Below are positions 1 through 10,303 of a DNA stretch of 64,000 nt, one piece after another. The stretch's first letter is position 1. Each line of letters starts with the position of its first letter. Below the pieces are notes generated by a model, which worked only from the letters and a program-made list of their open reading frames with translations, ran no database searches and was not told where the DNA came from. The translations under genes were made by a program, and so were the position numbers. The stretch lies in NCBI GenBank assembly GCA_964486045.1, contig CAZALK010000009.1, positions 64,001 to 128,000 on the forward strand, given 5' to 3'. Source of the stretch: an uncultured archaeon (GTDB lineage Archaea > Asgardarchaeota > Lokiarchaeia > Sigyniarchaeales > SOKP01).

Positions 1-113
1 ATAACTGGATAGTTGGTGCCTATTTATGATAGACAACAATCCCCAATATTTATGTACAAAAAATCCCTAGATGTAATCATCTAATATAAAACAAGAATAA
101 CTACAAATTCACT

Positions 114-1919
114 ATGAAAGAATTTAAGGTTAATAATTACATTGTACTGAAGCTGGAACGAGGAAAGACTAATATTTACATTAAGAATCGCTTGTTTAAA
201 CAATGTAAGTCTTTGGTATTGAATATTCCTAAATATAAACTTGATACATTTGATGATTTAAATTCTATCGACGATGTCGCAGATAGATTGAATAAATCAT
301 TTAATGTTAGAAATTTTACAATTCCACCTGAATTAGAATTTTGGGGGCATTGTTCTAATCTACAAGTTTGGGTAGAAATGAATTATGACACTCGTTTGAT
401 ACATAGTAACTTAGCTTTTCCGCTGCTCAAAAAATTAGTGGAGATTGGAGATAATATGGCTTTGAGGGTTTTTAAAGAAGAGATTGTAAAGAGATTTAAA
501 AGTGAAAATTTCACGGTAATTAATTATCTATTAAAAGAAAATTATATTAATTATCTATCAGAGGAAGAGTTAGAACACATTTTTCTTGAAAATAACGAAA
601 GCTTAAGAACTTTCTATGAATTAAATTCAGGATTATCCAAACCATGGAACCATAGATATCAACTCCTTATTCATTTAATGGAATTAGGCGACGTTTTAGC
701 TCGTAAGTTTCTTAAGGAAGATATTAAAAAAAGGATTTACAATAACAACTTAAATTTTATAGAAATACTTCGTTCAAATTCTCATTTGCTCTTATTATTT
801 TCTGAGAAAGAATTAAGTGACATTTTTCTTGAAAACAATGAACTTATCAAGGATCTTAAAAATCTTGAAAGACTGGATTTAGGATATAGAGATTTAACAA
901 TTATTCCAAAATTTATTGAACAGTTTAAGCATCTTAAGGAACTTAACCTAAGTTTCAATAAAATAGATTCACTTGCAAATGTAATTGGAAGCCTTAAACA
1001 TCTTGAAACGCTCGATCTAAGGAATAATAACATTAGTTCGCTTCCATCATCAATTTTTTATTTAAAATCACTCCAAAATTTATACTTAGATAATAATTCT
1101 TTAAAATTTATACCAAATTCCATTGGGAAATTAAAATCTCTTAAGAAATTAGATTTAAGGAAAAATCTTTTGATAATATTACCAGATTCAATTATTAAAT
1201 TAAGAAAATTAGAGGGCCTTAACTTAAGTAATAATAAACTCATAGAATTACCGAAAAATATTGGGCAATTAATTAAGCTTAAGGAACTATATATCCATAG
1301 AAATCAGATAAAAGAATTACCAACCTCTATTGGAAATTTAAGATCTCTTAAATGCTTAAATATTTTTTATAACCGATTAAATATGATTCCATCTTCAACT
1401 GGACGGTTAGATGCACTCGAGACATTAAATCTGGAATGATATAATTTAGAACTTTTACCATCTTCTATCGGTAATTTGAAATCATTGATATCCTTACAAT
1501 TAGAATTTAATAAGCTTAAAAATATTCCAAAGTCAATTCTAAAAATAAAGAAATTACAACGTTTAACTATAACTCCTAAATTTTTAGATATTCATTCAAA
1601 AGAAATATTGAACATCTTATCTGAAAAGGATGTTCATATAGATACCCCACCTCATAATTTAAAGTTTGTATATGAATATGGTGGTGCTATGTTTTGGAGT
1701 GGGGGACATACCGGTGAGTTTTTACCTTTATCAACAGATATAGTAAAAAAGTTAAGACGATTATCTATTTTATGGGAAAGGCAATACTGGCCTCGTCTAA
1801 ATAAAGAAAGACGATGGAGTAAAGTGGAGAAGAATGAATTCAACAAACAAACGCAAGAAATAATAAAAGTGGTTAAGTCGGAGTTAGGGGAAGATTTTAT
1901 TATAGATTATATACAGTGA
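114..1919 (+). pseudogene. Lokiarchaeia-type leucine-rich repeat protein interrupted by one in-frame TGA (1437-1439)
   Basis: ORFs 114..1439 and 1476..1919 are in the same frame, and the LRR pattern continues across the stop (LETLNLE*YNLELLPSSIGNLKSL). N-terminal EFKVNNYIVLKLE...EFWGHCSNLQVW domain is typical of Loki LRR proteins; roughly 10 LxxLxLxxNxL repeats. Confidence 0.85.
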
Positions 1920-2440
1920 ATGTGGGACTTACTATTTATCTTAATATCAATTCACTTTAAATATGGTCTATCTACGAATCTACTTACCCAAAAATAACAT
2001 CCTAATTTTTAAATATCCTTTTTGATATATTTGTGAGGAAAAACATGATGAAAAAGTTGAAAAATCAAAGATTACTTATTTTTTTGATCCAATATGACCA
2101 AAAAAATCATAAATTTAATTAAACGTTATTTTTTAGCTTTTGGAATTGCTTTTGGGTTATTCTACTTAATGTAATATTATATTGTATCGTACAGCTCATA
2201 GCTCACACCTTATTATATTAATCTAATGATATATTATATATAATTCAGTTATTATATTTAATATTATAATGTAGCTATTTATATAGTCTTATTGTATTAA
2301 ATCTTTTTACCCAAGAGCATTATTGGTGGAAGAGACTGGTAGAAATTAATTTATCTATTTCATCAATATTAGCTTCTTGATCAAAAGCTATAGATTGTGT
2401 TCTCGTAAAGAATTGAGCAAAAACCTCTTCTTTATCGGAT

Positions 2441-2755
2441 TTATTCTTTAGTTCTATCTTCTGAGATCTCCAGCTTTATTTTCCATTCTTTTCTTTTCTT
2501 ATACCCAAATATGATCATTAAGATCGGAATAATTACAAGTGGGATACCAATTGCTAAGAAAATTGGATTAAAAAGACTAAGGGAAATTAGGGTAGGTAAT
2601 AAAAAAATAAAAAGATATAAACCAATGCAGATTAATGAAGTTCCCCCTCTTCTTTTTCTTGTTTTATCACCTCGAACACAAGCAGAACATAATCTAAAAA
2701 AGTTTTCGTTTTGATTAACAGTTATTTCTTCTCCGCAATTTTTACAAAGAGGCAT
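2441..2755 (-). CDS. Small zinc-ribbon membrane protein
   Basis: CKNC...CSAC, a basic patch, two hydrophobic segments, then KKRK. Confidence 0.7.
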   Translation of the reverse strand: MPLCKNCGEEITVNQNENFFRLCSACVRGDKTRKRRGGTSLICIGLYLFIFLLPTLISLSLFNPIFLAIGIPLVIIPILMIIFGYKKRKEWKIKLEISEDRTKE

Positions 2756-3264
2756 TTTAATCTCACACTAGATATTAGATTTGATAATGGATATTAATAA
2801 GATATTCTTTAAAAATGTTTTTCAAATTTCTTCAATTTGAATCTTCATTTCTTGAAGATCTGAATGCGTTCATCATATCCGTTAGAAAATGATTAAAAAT
2901 TTTATTTAAATTATCCTTCTGAGAATCTTTCGACAAATTAATCACCTATTATTTAATACATTGTAAAAATGAAAAATAAACTTTAAAGATCTAATAAGTT
3001 ATTTGGTATGCTCAATAAGAAATTTCTCAATCTTTCTAATTAACCCATTTCCTTTTTCAAAATTCGACCAAATAAACCTAAAATCTTCAAGGCGTTCTAT
3101 AATTGCTGTGGTTTATCTACTTCATTTACAACTTCTTTTAATTTATTTAGTTTTAAACTCCTCAAGTTTTCTTTTCATTATATTTAATAACAATTCAGCA
3201 ATCTCCTCCTTCCTACTCAACTTATGGATATCAATTCTGCGTTCAATCGTGGTTTTCATATGAG

Positions 3265-3531
3265 GCATACTCAGCTATTGGATATAGGGGGCAGCGCATA
3301 GCAATCTTTCCCGAATTAAGTATAATCATCGTCTTTACTTCAAATGAGGAGAATGAAGGTTATTACCTCGATTATATCATAGGAAATTTTATCCTTGCTT
3401 CTGTAGGTGTTGATTCAGGAATTATAGAATACTTAATAACAGGTTATCCTATAATAGTTATTTGGAGCTCGATAGCAGTCGGATTTCTCGGAAGTATTTA
3501 TTTGGTGAATAAGAAGTGGAAAAATATCTGA
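3265..3531 (+). pseudogene. 3' remnant of a beta-lactamase-family serine hydrolase with a Loki-CTERM-like anchor
   Basis: Manual translation: AYSAIGYRGQRIAIFPELSIIIVFTS ... ITGYPIIVIWSSIAVGFLGSIYLVNKKWKNI*; no N-terminal catalytic part. Confidence 0.65.
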
Positions 3532-3699
3532 GAGATATTGAACTATTAGAATTACATGAAGAAATGGTAGAATTATAATATCATCTAATTTTTTATTTTC
3601 CTCGTTTCTAAAAAGATAAGAAGAATGAGAATCAAAGTTTTAAATATTTTGGGAGATAAAATCAGTTAAACAAAAAAAAAATTAAGGTGAAAGTAAAAA

Positions 3700-4467
3700 A
3701 TGAGTTCAAAAGAATTTGAAACAGTTCTGTATGAAACAAATGAAGAAACTAGAGTTGGATATATTACTCTAAACAGGCCTGAAAAACATAATGCACTGAG
3801 TTATCAATTACTTGACGATATAGACGCCGTTTTTGACCATGCAGAGGCAGATACCAGTGCAAAAGTCATAGTGTTAAAAGGTGCAGGTAAGAGTTTTTGT
3901 TCGGGATTTGATCTTAAAGGATCTTATTATTTAACACCTCCCGAAGGTGGTTGGAAATACAAGAATTCCTATGATATACTTCGGAAAAAAATATATGCGA
4001 AATATACGCGTATCTTTAATTTTCCTAAGGTAACAATTGCTCAAATTCATGGTAATTGTACTGACGCGGGATGTTATCTTCAACTTTGCTGTGATATTTC
4101 AGTTGCAGCAGATGATGCAATATTAGGACATCCTGCTCAATTATGGGGTGGCTCACAAAGTCTACCACTTTGGCAAATGTACTTAGGTGAGAAAAAAGCA
4201 CGATATCTTTTGATAAGTGGGAGGAGAATTTCGGGAAAAGATGCTGCAGATATGGGACTAGTGAGTATAAGTGTTCCTAGAGATAAACTTGACGAAGAGG
4301 TTAATAAATTAGCTGCTGAAATTTCCAAAGTTCCATCCGATGGGGCTTTACATAATAAACTTGCGATGAATACCGCTCTTAAAATACAGGGTGCTGATGC
4401 TTTATTCGAATATTTTGGTCAGATGAATCGATTCACTAGATTTATACCAAGTAGATCACCAAGATAA
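3700..4467 (+). CDS. Enoyl-CoA hydratase/isomerase (crotonase) family protein
   Basis: ITLNRPEKHNAL, GAGKSFCSGFDL, PKVTIAQIHG; SD AGGTGA upstream. Confidence 0.93.
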   Translation: MSSKEFETVLYETNEETRVGYITLNRPEKHNALSYQLLDDIDAVFDHAEADTSAKVIVLKGAGKSFCSGFDLKGSYYLTPPEGGWKYKNSYDILRKKIYAKYTRIFNFPKVTIAQIHGNCTDAGCYLQLCCDISVAADDAILGHPAQLWGGSQSLPLWQMYLGEKKARYLLISGRRISGKDAADMGLVSISVPRDKLDEEVNKLAAEISKVPSDGALHNKLAMNTALKIQGADALFEYFGQMNRFTRFIPSRSPR

Positions 4468-4565
4468 TTAATGTAACGAGATTCACAGAATATATTTACC
4501 AAATTAGAATGATTAAATTTTTTTAATTTAATAATTATTTTTTTAGAAATGGAGGTTATTATAAA

Positions 4566-5399
4566 ATGAATTATGAAGAAATAATTTTTGAAAAATCAAA
4601 CCAAATTGCCACAATAACTTTGAATAGACCCAATAAACTTAATGCTATGACAAATAGGATGATGGTAGAGATTTGGGATGCAATTGGGAAAGTAGAAGAT
4701 GATCCAAACATACGAGTCACAATAATTACTGGTGCGGGAAGAGGATTTTGTGCGGGTCAAGATTTATCAAGAGGTGGTGATACTTTTGAAAATCTAGATC
4801 AACCTCAAGACGTAGCTGAGAAAGCTGAAAGGGAAGGTAGTACAATCAAGCGATATTTCTCATTGAGAAAACCTGTGATTGTGGCAATAAATGGCCCTGT
4901 TGTAGGAGTAGGAGTGACACTAATTTTACCATTTGATATCAGAATCGCTTCTGAGAGTGCCCGTATTGGGATTGTCTTTAATAAACGAGGTGTGATCCCA
5001 GAATTTGCTAGCCCATGGTTATTACCTAGGATTATTGGAATCAGCAGAGCTGCTGAATTAATGTATACTGGCAGGATTCTCAATGCCAAGGAAGCTTTAG
5101 ACTTTGGACTTGTTAGCCGAGTAGTACCTGACGATAAACTAATGGATACAGCAAGGGAATTAGCGGAAGAAATATTATTGTGTGCACCGGTAAGTGTTAC
5201 CCTTACAAAACGAATGCTTTATCAATTCCTTACTGAAACAGATATTGATAAGGCAGAAAGTATTAACCATCAATATCTTGGGTGGGTTTCAACAAAGGCA
5301 GATACTCGAGAAGGAGTAATGTCTTTCTTAGAAAAGAGAAAACCTGAATGGAAATTAAAGGTCCCTGGCGATTTACCTGATTTTTACCCATTAGAGTGA
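4566..5399 (+). CDS. Enoyl-CoA hydratase/isomerase (crotonase) family protein
   Basis: ITLNRPNKLNAM, GAGRGFCAGQDL, KPVIVAINGP, FLEKRKP; SD GGAGGT. Confidence 0.95.
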   Translation: MNYEEIIFEKSNQIATITLNRPNKLNAMTNRMMVEIWDAIGKVEDDPNIRVTIITGAGRGFCAGQDLSRGGDTFENLDQPQDVAEKAEREGSTIKRYFSLRKPVIVAINGPVVGVGVTLILPFDIRIASESARIGIVFNKRGVIPEFASPWLLPRIIGISRAAELMYTGRILNAKEALDFGLVSRVVPDDKLMDTARELAEEILLCAPVSVTLTKRMLYQFLTETDIDKAESINHQYLGWVSTKADTREGVMSFLEKRKPEWKLKVPGDLPDFYPLE

Positions 5400-5406
5400 T
5401 AATCCC

Positions 5407-5763
5407 GTGTGTGCAAAATTTAAAGGCATCCCTGCCCTGATTTATTCAGCATTATGGAGACGGCAGATATTCGGAAGATTAAAGAAGGATTTTCCACAAA
5501 AAATCAAATTAGTGGTATATATAACTGATCAATCTCCTGCGGTTTTAATTACTATTGAAAATGAAACCTTTCAAATGGAAAAACTAGAGGATATCAAAGA
5601 TTTTGATGAGTTAGATAATTTAGAGTGTGATGGTTATTTTGCTGCGCCACAGAATTATCTTTATGGTGGTGTTCCTGCATTAATGAAGGGAGTAGGTGAA
5701 GGAAAAGTTAAAATGAAAAATGAATCGGCAATCTTTGGGCTTCTGCGTAGAATTATTTCTTAA
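5407..5763 (+). CDS. Small protein, possible SCP2 (sterol carrier)-like fold
   Basis: Beta-strand pattern and C-terminal ALMKGVGEGKVKMK resembling the SCP2 'A.xxGKlKi' motif; operonic spacing and lipid context. Confidence 0.5.
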   Translation: MCAKFKGIPALIYSALWRRQIFGRLKKDFPQKIKLVVYITDQSPAVLITIENETFQMEKLEDIKDFDELDNLECDGYFAAPQNYLYGGVPALMKGVGEGKVKMKNESAIFGLLRRIIS

Positions 5764-5779
5764 TGAATGAGTGTTTACA

Positions 5780-6937
5780 ATGGTTAAAGTTCAGAAAATG
5801 TCTGCTCTTGAAAGAGTTCTAACCGTGTTAGAGGGAAAAATTCCAGATCGTGTTCCTAGTTTTATTTTAGGTGGAGATTGTGATTTTGTCTACAGGTTCA
5901 TGAATTCTCCTTATAAACTTTCAGAAGAGGATATGAAACAATTAGAAAAAGATAGGGTTTCATTTAGGATCCCTTTCATTCATTCTGTAATAGCTAAATT
6001 TTCCCCACCTGACATATTACACGGTGGAATTGATGCAAAAATTGATATGTGTTGGAGCACGGCTGGAGGGGGGTTGATAAAATTAGATTTCATTGATAAG
6101 GTTTTAATGAATAACGGGGGGACATTTGACACCTTTGTGAAGGATGACGGGATACCACATTCATGGTATACTGGACCTGCACTCTTAAAAAAGGAACATA
6201 TTGAAGAATATTGGGAAAAAAAAAAGGAATTAAATCCAAATCCTGCTGGATTTCGCAACTTATCAAGAATCCGAAAAACTATGTTAGAAAAATATGATAT
6301 TGTAGTTTCTCAAGGAATTACTGGTCCATTTGAAAATTGTGTATTCGGAATTGGACATGCTAATTTCACTCGGTTTGCCAGAAAAGATCCAAAATTTCTA
6401 CAACAACATATAGATTTTCAATGGGAAACAATCGAAGAACCTTCATTGAAGTTATTAATGAATCAAAAACCAGATGTTATTATGTGCGGGGATGATTATG
6501 GATTTAATAGAGGTTTACAAATAAATGTGATACAGTGGCGTAAATATATTAAACCTAAGTTAGCGAAATATGTTAAATATGTCCATGATGGTGGTGCTAA
6601 ATTTATCCTGCATAGTTGTGGCAATATTGGTCAAATTTTTCCTGATTTTGTAGAAATAGGAATAGATGGTGTTGAATCATTAAAACCAAAAAGTAATGAT
6701 TTAAAAAGGTATAGGGAGAAATATCCAGAAATTGCTCTAATTGGAACTATTGACGATTCTGAGATGCTTGTGTATGAATCTCCTAAATTTATACGAAATT
6801 CAGTTAAAGAAAGCATAAAATCCTTAGGAAAAAAAGGGGGATATATTCCAGGACCCACAAATTTTCTGTTAGATCAACCAGCCGAAAATATTGTTTCCCT
6901 ATATAAAGCAATACAGGAATATGGGAGCATATATTAA
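5780..6937 (+). CDS. Uroporphyrinogen decarboxylase / MtaA-CmuA methyltransferase family protein
   Basis: SALERVLTVLEGKIPDRVP, GDDYG, FILHSCG, LIGTID, GGYI; ATG 5780 lies 6 nt after GAGTG. Confidence 0.85.
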   Translation: MVKVQKMSALERVLTVLEGKIPDRVPSFILGGDCDFVYRFMNSPYKLSEEDMKQLEKDRVSFRIPFIHSVIAKFSPPDILHGGIDAKIDMCWSTAGGGLIKLDFIDKVLMNNGGTFDTFVKDDGIPHSWYTGPALLKKEHIEEYWEKKKELNPNPAGFRNLSRIRKTMLEKYDIVVSQGITGPFENCVFGIGHANFTRFARKDPKFLQQHIDFQWETIEEPSLKLLMNQKPDVIMCGDDYGFNRGLQINVIQWRKYIKPKLAKYVKYVHDGGAKFILHSCGNIGQIFPDFVEIGIDGVESLKPKSNDLKRYREKYPEIALIGTIDDSEMLVYESPKFIRNSVKESIKSLGKKGGYIPGPTNFLLDQPAENIVSLYKAIQEYGSIY

Positions 6938-7129
6938 ACCAAATTTCTTTTTTTTTAATTCAGATCCTTCCCTAGTTCTATTATTTAAAATTAAAAATTT
7001 TTAAAAAAAAAAACTTATTTAAAATTAAGATCAGTCTATATTATGAGTAAAAATCGTAATGATTCAGGAAAAAAAAGTTACTTACCGTCTAAATAGGATT
7101 ACATTAAGGCACGGCTTTTCTCTCGCCAT

Positions 7130-8914
7130 GTGATTAAGCGAATGGAAAGTGTAGTTGATGAGGTTTTAGCTAATACTCCAGAATCGTATAATAACGTTGC
7201 AATTTTGATTGAAAAACACGCTAAAAACTATCCAAATGATGCAGCAATTCTTTTTGAAGATAAAATGTATACACATAAAGAATATAATGAATGGTGCAAC
7301 CGGTATGCTAATTATTTTAGAGATAAGGTAGGGTTAAAGAAAGGGGATATAGCTGTTGTTTTTATGACAAATCGACCAGAGATAATGTTTGCAATATACG
7401 GCTTGTCCAAAATAGGCGTTATCTCTTCCCTAATTAATACTAAGCAAAGGTTGAATCCTCTTATTCACAGTATTAACATCGATCCCGGAAGAGTCTTCAT
7501 TATTGGAGAAGAATTAGTAGAAGCTTTTGAAGAAGTTCGACAGGAACTTAAGTTATCTAAAGAACAATCCAAACATTTGTATTTTGTTCCAGATCTCGGA
7601 GAAATTAAGAAACCTGAAGGATTTCAGGATTTATCTGATATAGTTAAAAATGAAGATATATCCAATCCCCCCACTTCAAAAACACTCCAATCTAAAGATC
7701 CTTACGCTTATATTTTCACTAGTGGAACTACTGGATTACCCAAAGCGGCAATTATCACTCATGGGCATACTTACGGTTCAAGTATTTATTGGGGTGATAC
7801 CGTTGTCGGATTTGAACATAAGGATATAATATACGTTACTACACCTCTTTTTCATTCTCACGCTATAAACGTAGCATATGCGTCTTCTTTAAGATATGGC
7901 TCAACCATAGCTATACGTCGTAAATTTTCTGCCAGTAACTTCTGGGATGATGCGATAAAATTTAAGGCTACTTGCTTTAATTATATTGGTGAAATTTGCC
8001 GATATCTAAATAACCAACCTGAAAAACCTACAGATCGAAAGCATTTTATTAAAAAAATCGTGGGAAATGGTCTTAGGAATGAAATGTGGAAGGATTTCAA
8101 AAAAAGATTTGGAATTAAGCAAATTTTTGAATTTTATGGTGCAACTGAAAGATTCGCTCCAAATTTTGCTAACCGTTTCAATTTAAACTGTACGGTTGGC
8201 TTTACATTAAACCCATATGCTATAGTGAAATATGATCTAGACATAAATGAGCCTATCAGAGATGAAAGTGGGCATATGATAAAAGTAAAGGAAGGAGAAG
8301 CAGGACTTCTTGTAGGACAGATAATTGCAGATGATATTTTTATATATACAAGTAAGAATGCGGATGAAAAGAAGATTTTTAAAAACGTATTTAAGGAGGG
8401 GGATTATTACTTTAATAGCGGAGACCTTATTAAAGAAATAGGGCATCTAAAAAAGATCTATAAATTTGCTCAATTTGTTGATAGAGTTGGAGATACTTTT
8501 AGATGGAAAGGAGAAAATGTATCTACTGAAGAAGTTGAAGCAGTAATTAATGAATTTGATCAGGTTGAGATGTGTTGTGTATATGGTGTATTAATTCCTA
8601 AAACTGAAGGTAGAGCTGGAATGGTTTCGCTAGTCACAAATTCTCATATCTCTGAGGATTTTAATTTTTCAAGATTTTATTCTATGCTTCAAGAATCCTT
8701 ACCAGAATATGCCATTCCAAAATTCATTCGTTTTACTCCAGAGTTAATTACAACAGCAACTCTCAAAATTCAAAAAGGAAATTTAAAAAAGGAGTCATTT
8801 AATATTGAAGATGTTGAAGATCCTCTTTATATTCTATTACCTAACTCTTCTGGGTACGAATTACTGACAAAAGAAATATACGGAGGGATACTAAACTCAG
8901 AATTTAATTTTTAA
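7130..8914 (+). CDS. Long-chain acyl-CoA synthetase (FATP/FadD6-like); probable original start ATG 7043 with in-frame TAG at 7094-7096
   Basis: YIFTSGTTGLPKAA, YIGEICRY, EFYGATE, DRVGDTFRWKGENVST. Confidence 0.92.
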   Translation: MIKRMESVVDEVLANTPESYNNVAILIEKHAKNYPNDAAILFEDKMYTHKEYNEWCNRYANYFRDKVGLKKGDIAVVFMTNRPEIMFAIYGLSKIGVISSLINTKQRLNPLIHSINIDPGRVFIIGEELVEAFEEVRQELKLSKEQSKHLYFVPDLGEIKKPEGFQDLSDIVKNEDISNPPTSKTLQSKDPYAYIFTSGTTGLPKAAIITHGHTYGSSIYWGDTVVGFEHKDIIYVTTPLFHSHAINVAYASSLRYGSTIAIRRKFSASNFWDDAIKFKATCFNYIGEICRYLNNQPEKPTDRKHFIKKIVGNGLRNEMWKDFKKRFGIKQIFEFYGATERFAPNFANRFNLNCTVGFTLNPYAIVKYDLDINEPIRDESGHMIKVKEGEAGLLVGQIIADDIFIYTSKNADEKKIFKNVFKEGDYYFNSGDLIKEIGHLKKIYKFAQFVDRVGDTFRWKGENVSTEEVEAVINEFDQVEMCCVYGVLIPKTEGRAGMVSLVTNSHISEDFNFSRFYSMLQESLPEYAIPKFIRFTPELITTATLKIQKGNLKKESFNIEDVEDPLYILLPNSSGYELLTKEIYGGILNSEFNF

Positions 8915-9002
8915 TAAATTGAATTTATAATGATTTTGAATTTATCTTTCTTGAAGCTATAAATTGTATTACCTAATTAATTTTAGATAAATATTATCTC
9001 AT

Positions 9003-10079
9003 TTATACTATGTAATTTGTTGCCTTTTTTAAGGCAATTTCTGCATCCACTACGCATTTTTCGATAATATCTGAAACACTTTCGATACTCTTGACTACAC
9101 CGATACTCTATCCAAGAGGAACAATTCCACTTTCTACGTCACCTTCATAAATAGCATAGTTTTTAATAAATTCCTTCCTAGTTTCTTCTTTTAATTCTTC
9201 TTCACTCATTGTAGCACGTTTTTTAACGAGAGCTTGTTCCTCAGCTATTTTCTCTTCTTTTGATTTTATTAAGCCTTTTGCTGTAGAATATTTATTTCTC
9301 CACATTCGTATTATGCTTAGATTTCCAGTTTTGACAATTGTGTCTTGAGCTTTTGCAGGAGGTATTATATTCTTGTAATTTTCATGGAATTCACTATTTA
9401 TAGAAGCAATAAATCTTGATCCCATGGATATTCCATCAGCTCCTGCTGCTAGAGCTAAAGCTAATCCTGTGCCATTTGCAAATCCTCCCGCAACCATTTT
9501 TGGTATGTCTGGATATTTTTGTTGGACTTGTTGAAGTAAGGCAATACCACCCACCCTTTCATATGCTTGGTGGCCTCCTCCTTCAAATCCATCAACTAAA
9601 AGACCATCACAACCCGCCACAACACATTTATCAGCCAACCAAAGTGCTGGAGCAACATGAAAATGTTTAATCTGTGTGGTTTTCCTCAATTTTTGAAAAT
9701 CCTTGTTTTGAGGCATTCTTCTTGCTGAACCCGCGCTGGTAAGGGCATAGAGGCATTGTTCTCTTAGCTTAACATTTTCTAATATATGTCGTGAAAGTAC
9801 AGATATTAACTTATCAATCCCAGGCTCTAGCCGTGATGTTCTAATATTAAACCCAAAAATCCCTTCAGTGTGCTCAACAACGTGATCAAGATTTTTTTTC
9901 ATTGCTGCATAATAATTAGATTCAATTCCCGTAGGTGATACATTCGTATGAGAAATCATTCCTAGTCCACCCGCTTCAGCTACAGCAATACATAAATCAT
10001 TTGTTCTGAATGGTCCCATGGCTGCTGAGGCAATGGGATGTTTTATCCCAAACATTTCAGTAATTTTCGTTTTTAACAT
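9003..10079 (-). pseudogene. Nitronate monooxygenase / FabK-like flavoenzyme with in-frame TAG at 9108-9110
   Basis: EGGGH, AGGFANG, GSRF. Read-through gives VPLG*SIGVVKSIESVSDIIEKCVVDAEIALKKATNYIV, matching the paralog tail VPLGQSIGIANQIESVPDIIETIMRDAEKHIKRASSYIK. Confidence 0.88.
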
Positions 10080-10303
10080 AACTCGAACCTTTCTTTTTTA
10101 GGTTCCTAATTTATAATTTAAATAATTATTTTTTTACAATTATTACTAAATTATTATTTTAAGGATAATAACCCTTTTCACTATAGAAAAACTTCTTTGA
10201 ATTTTAAAAAGGGAAAAAAAAATATATAAAAAGATCTAATCATTCACCAATGTTATAATCCAATCGTATAATGAATTAATCAGAAAAAAATAATGAGTAA
10301 AAT

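Noticed and set aside
1437-1439. In-frame TGA as selenocysteine (Lokiarchaeia do use Sec)
   Set aside because: It falls at a variable LRR position, not a redox Cys site; the molybdoenzyme and Hdr-like genes here have no in-frame TGA
1920-3263. Short broken frames flanking the zinc-ribbon membrane gene, including ORF 3003..3263
   Set aside because: Multiple stops and no recognisable motif
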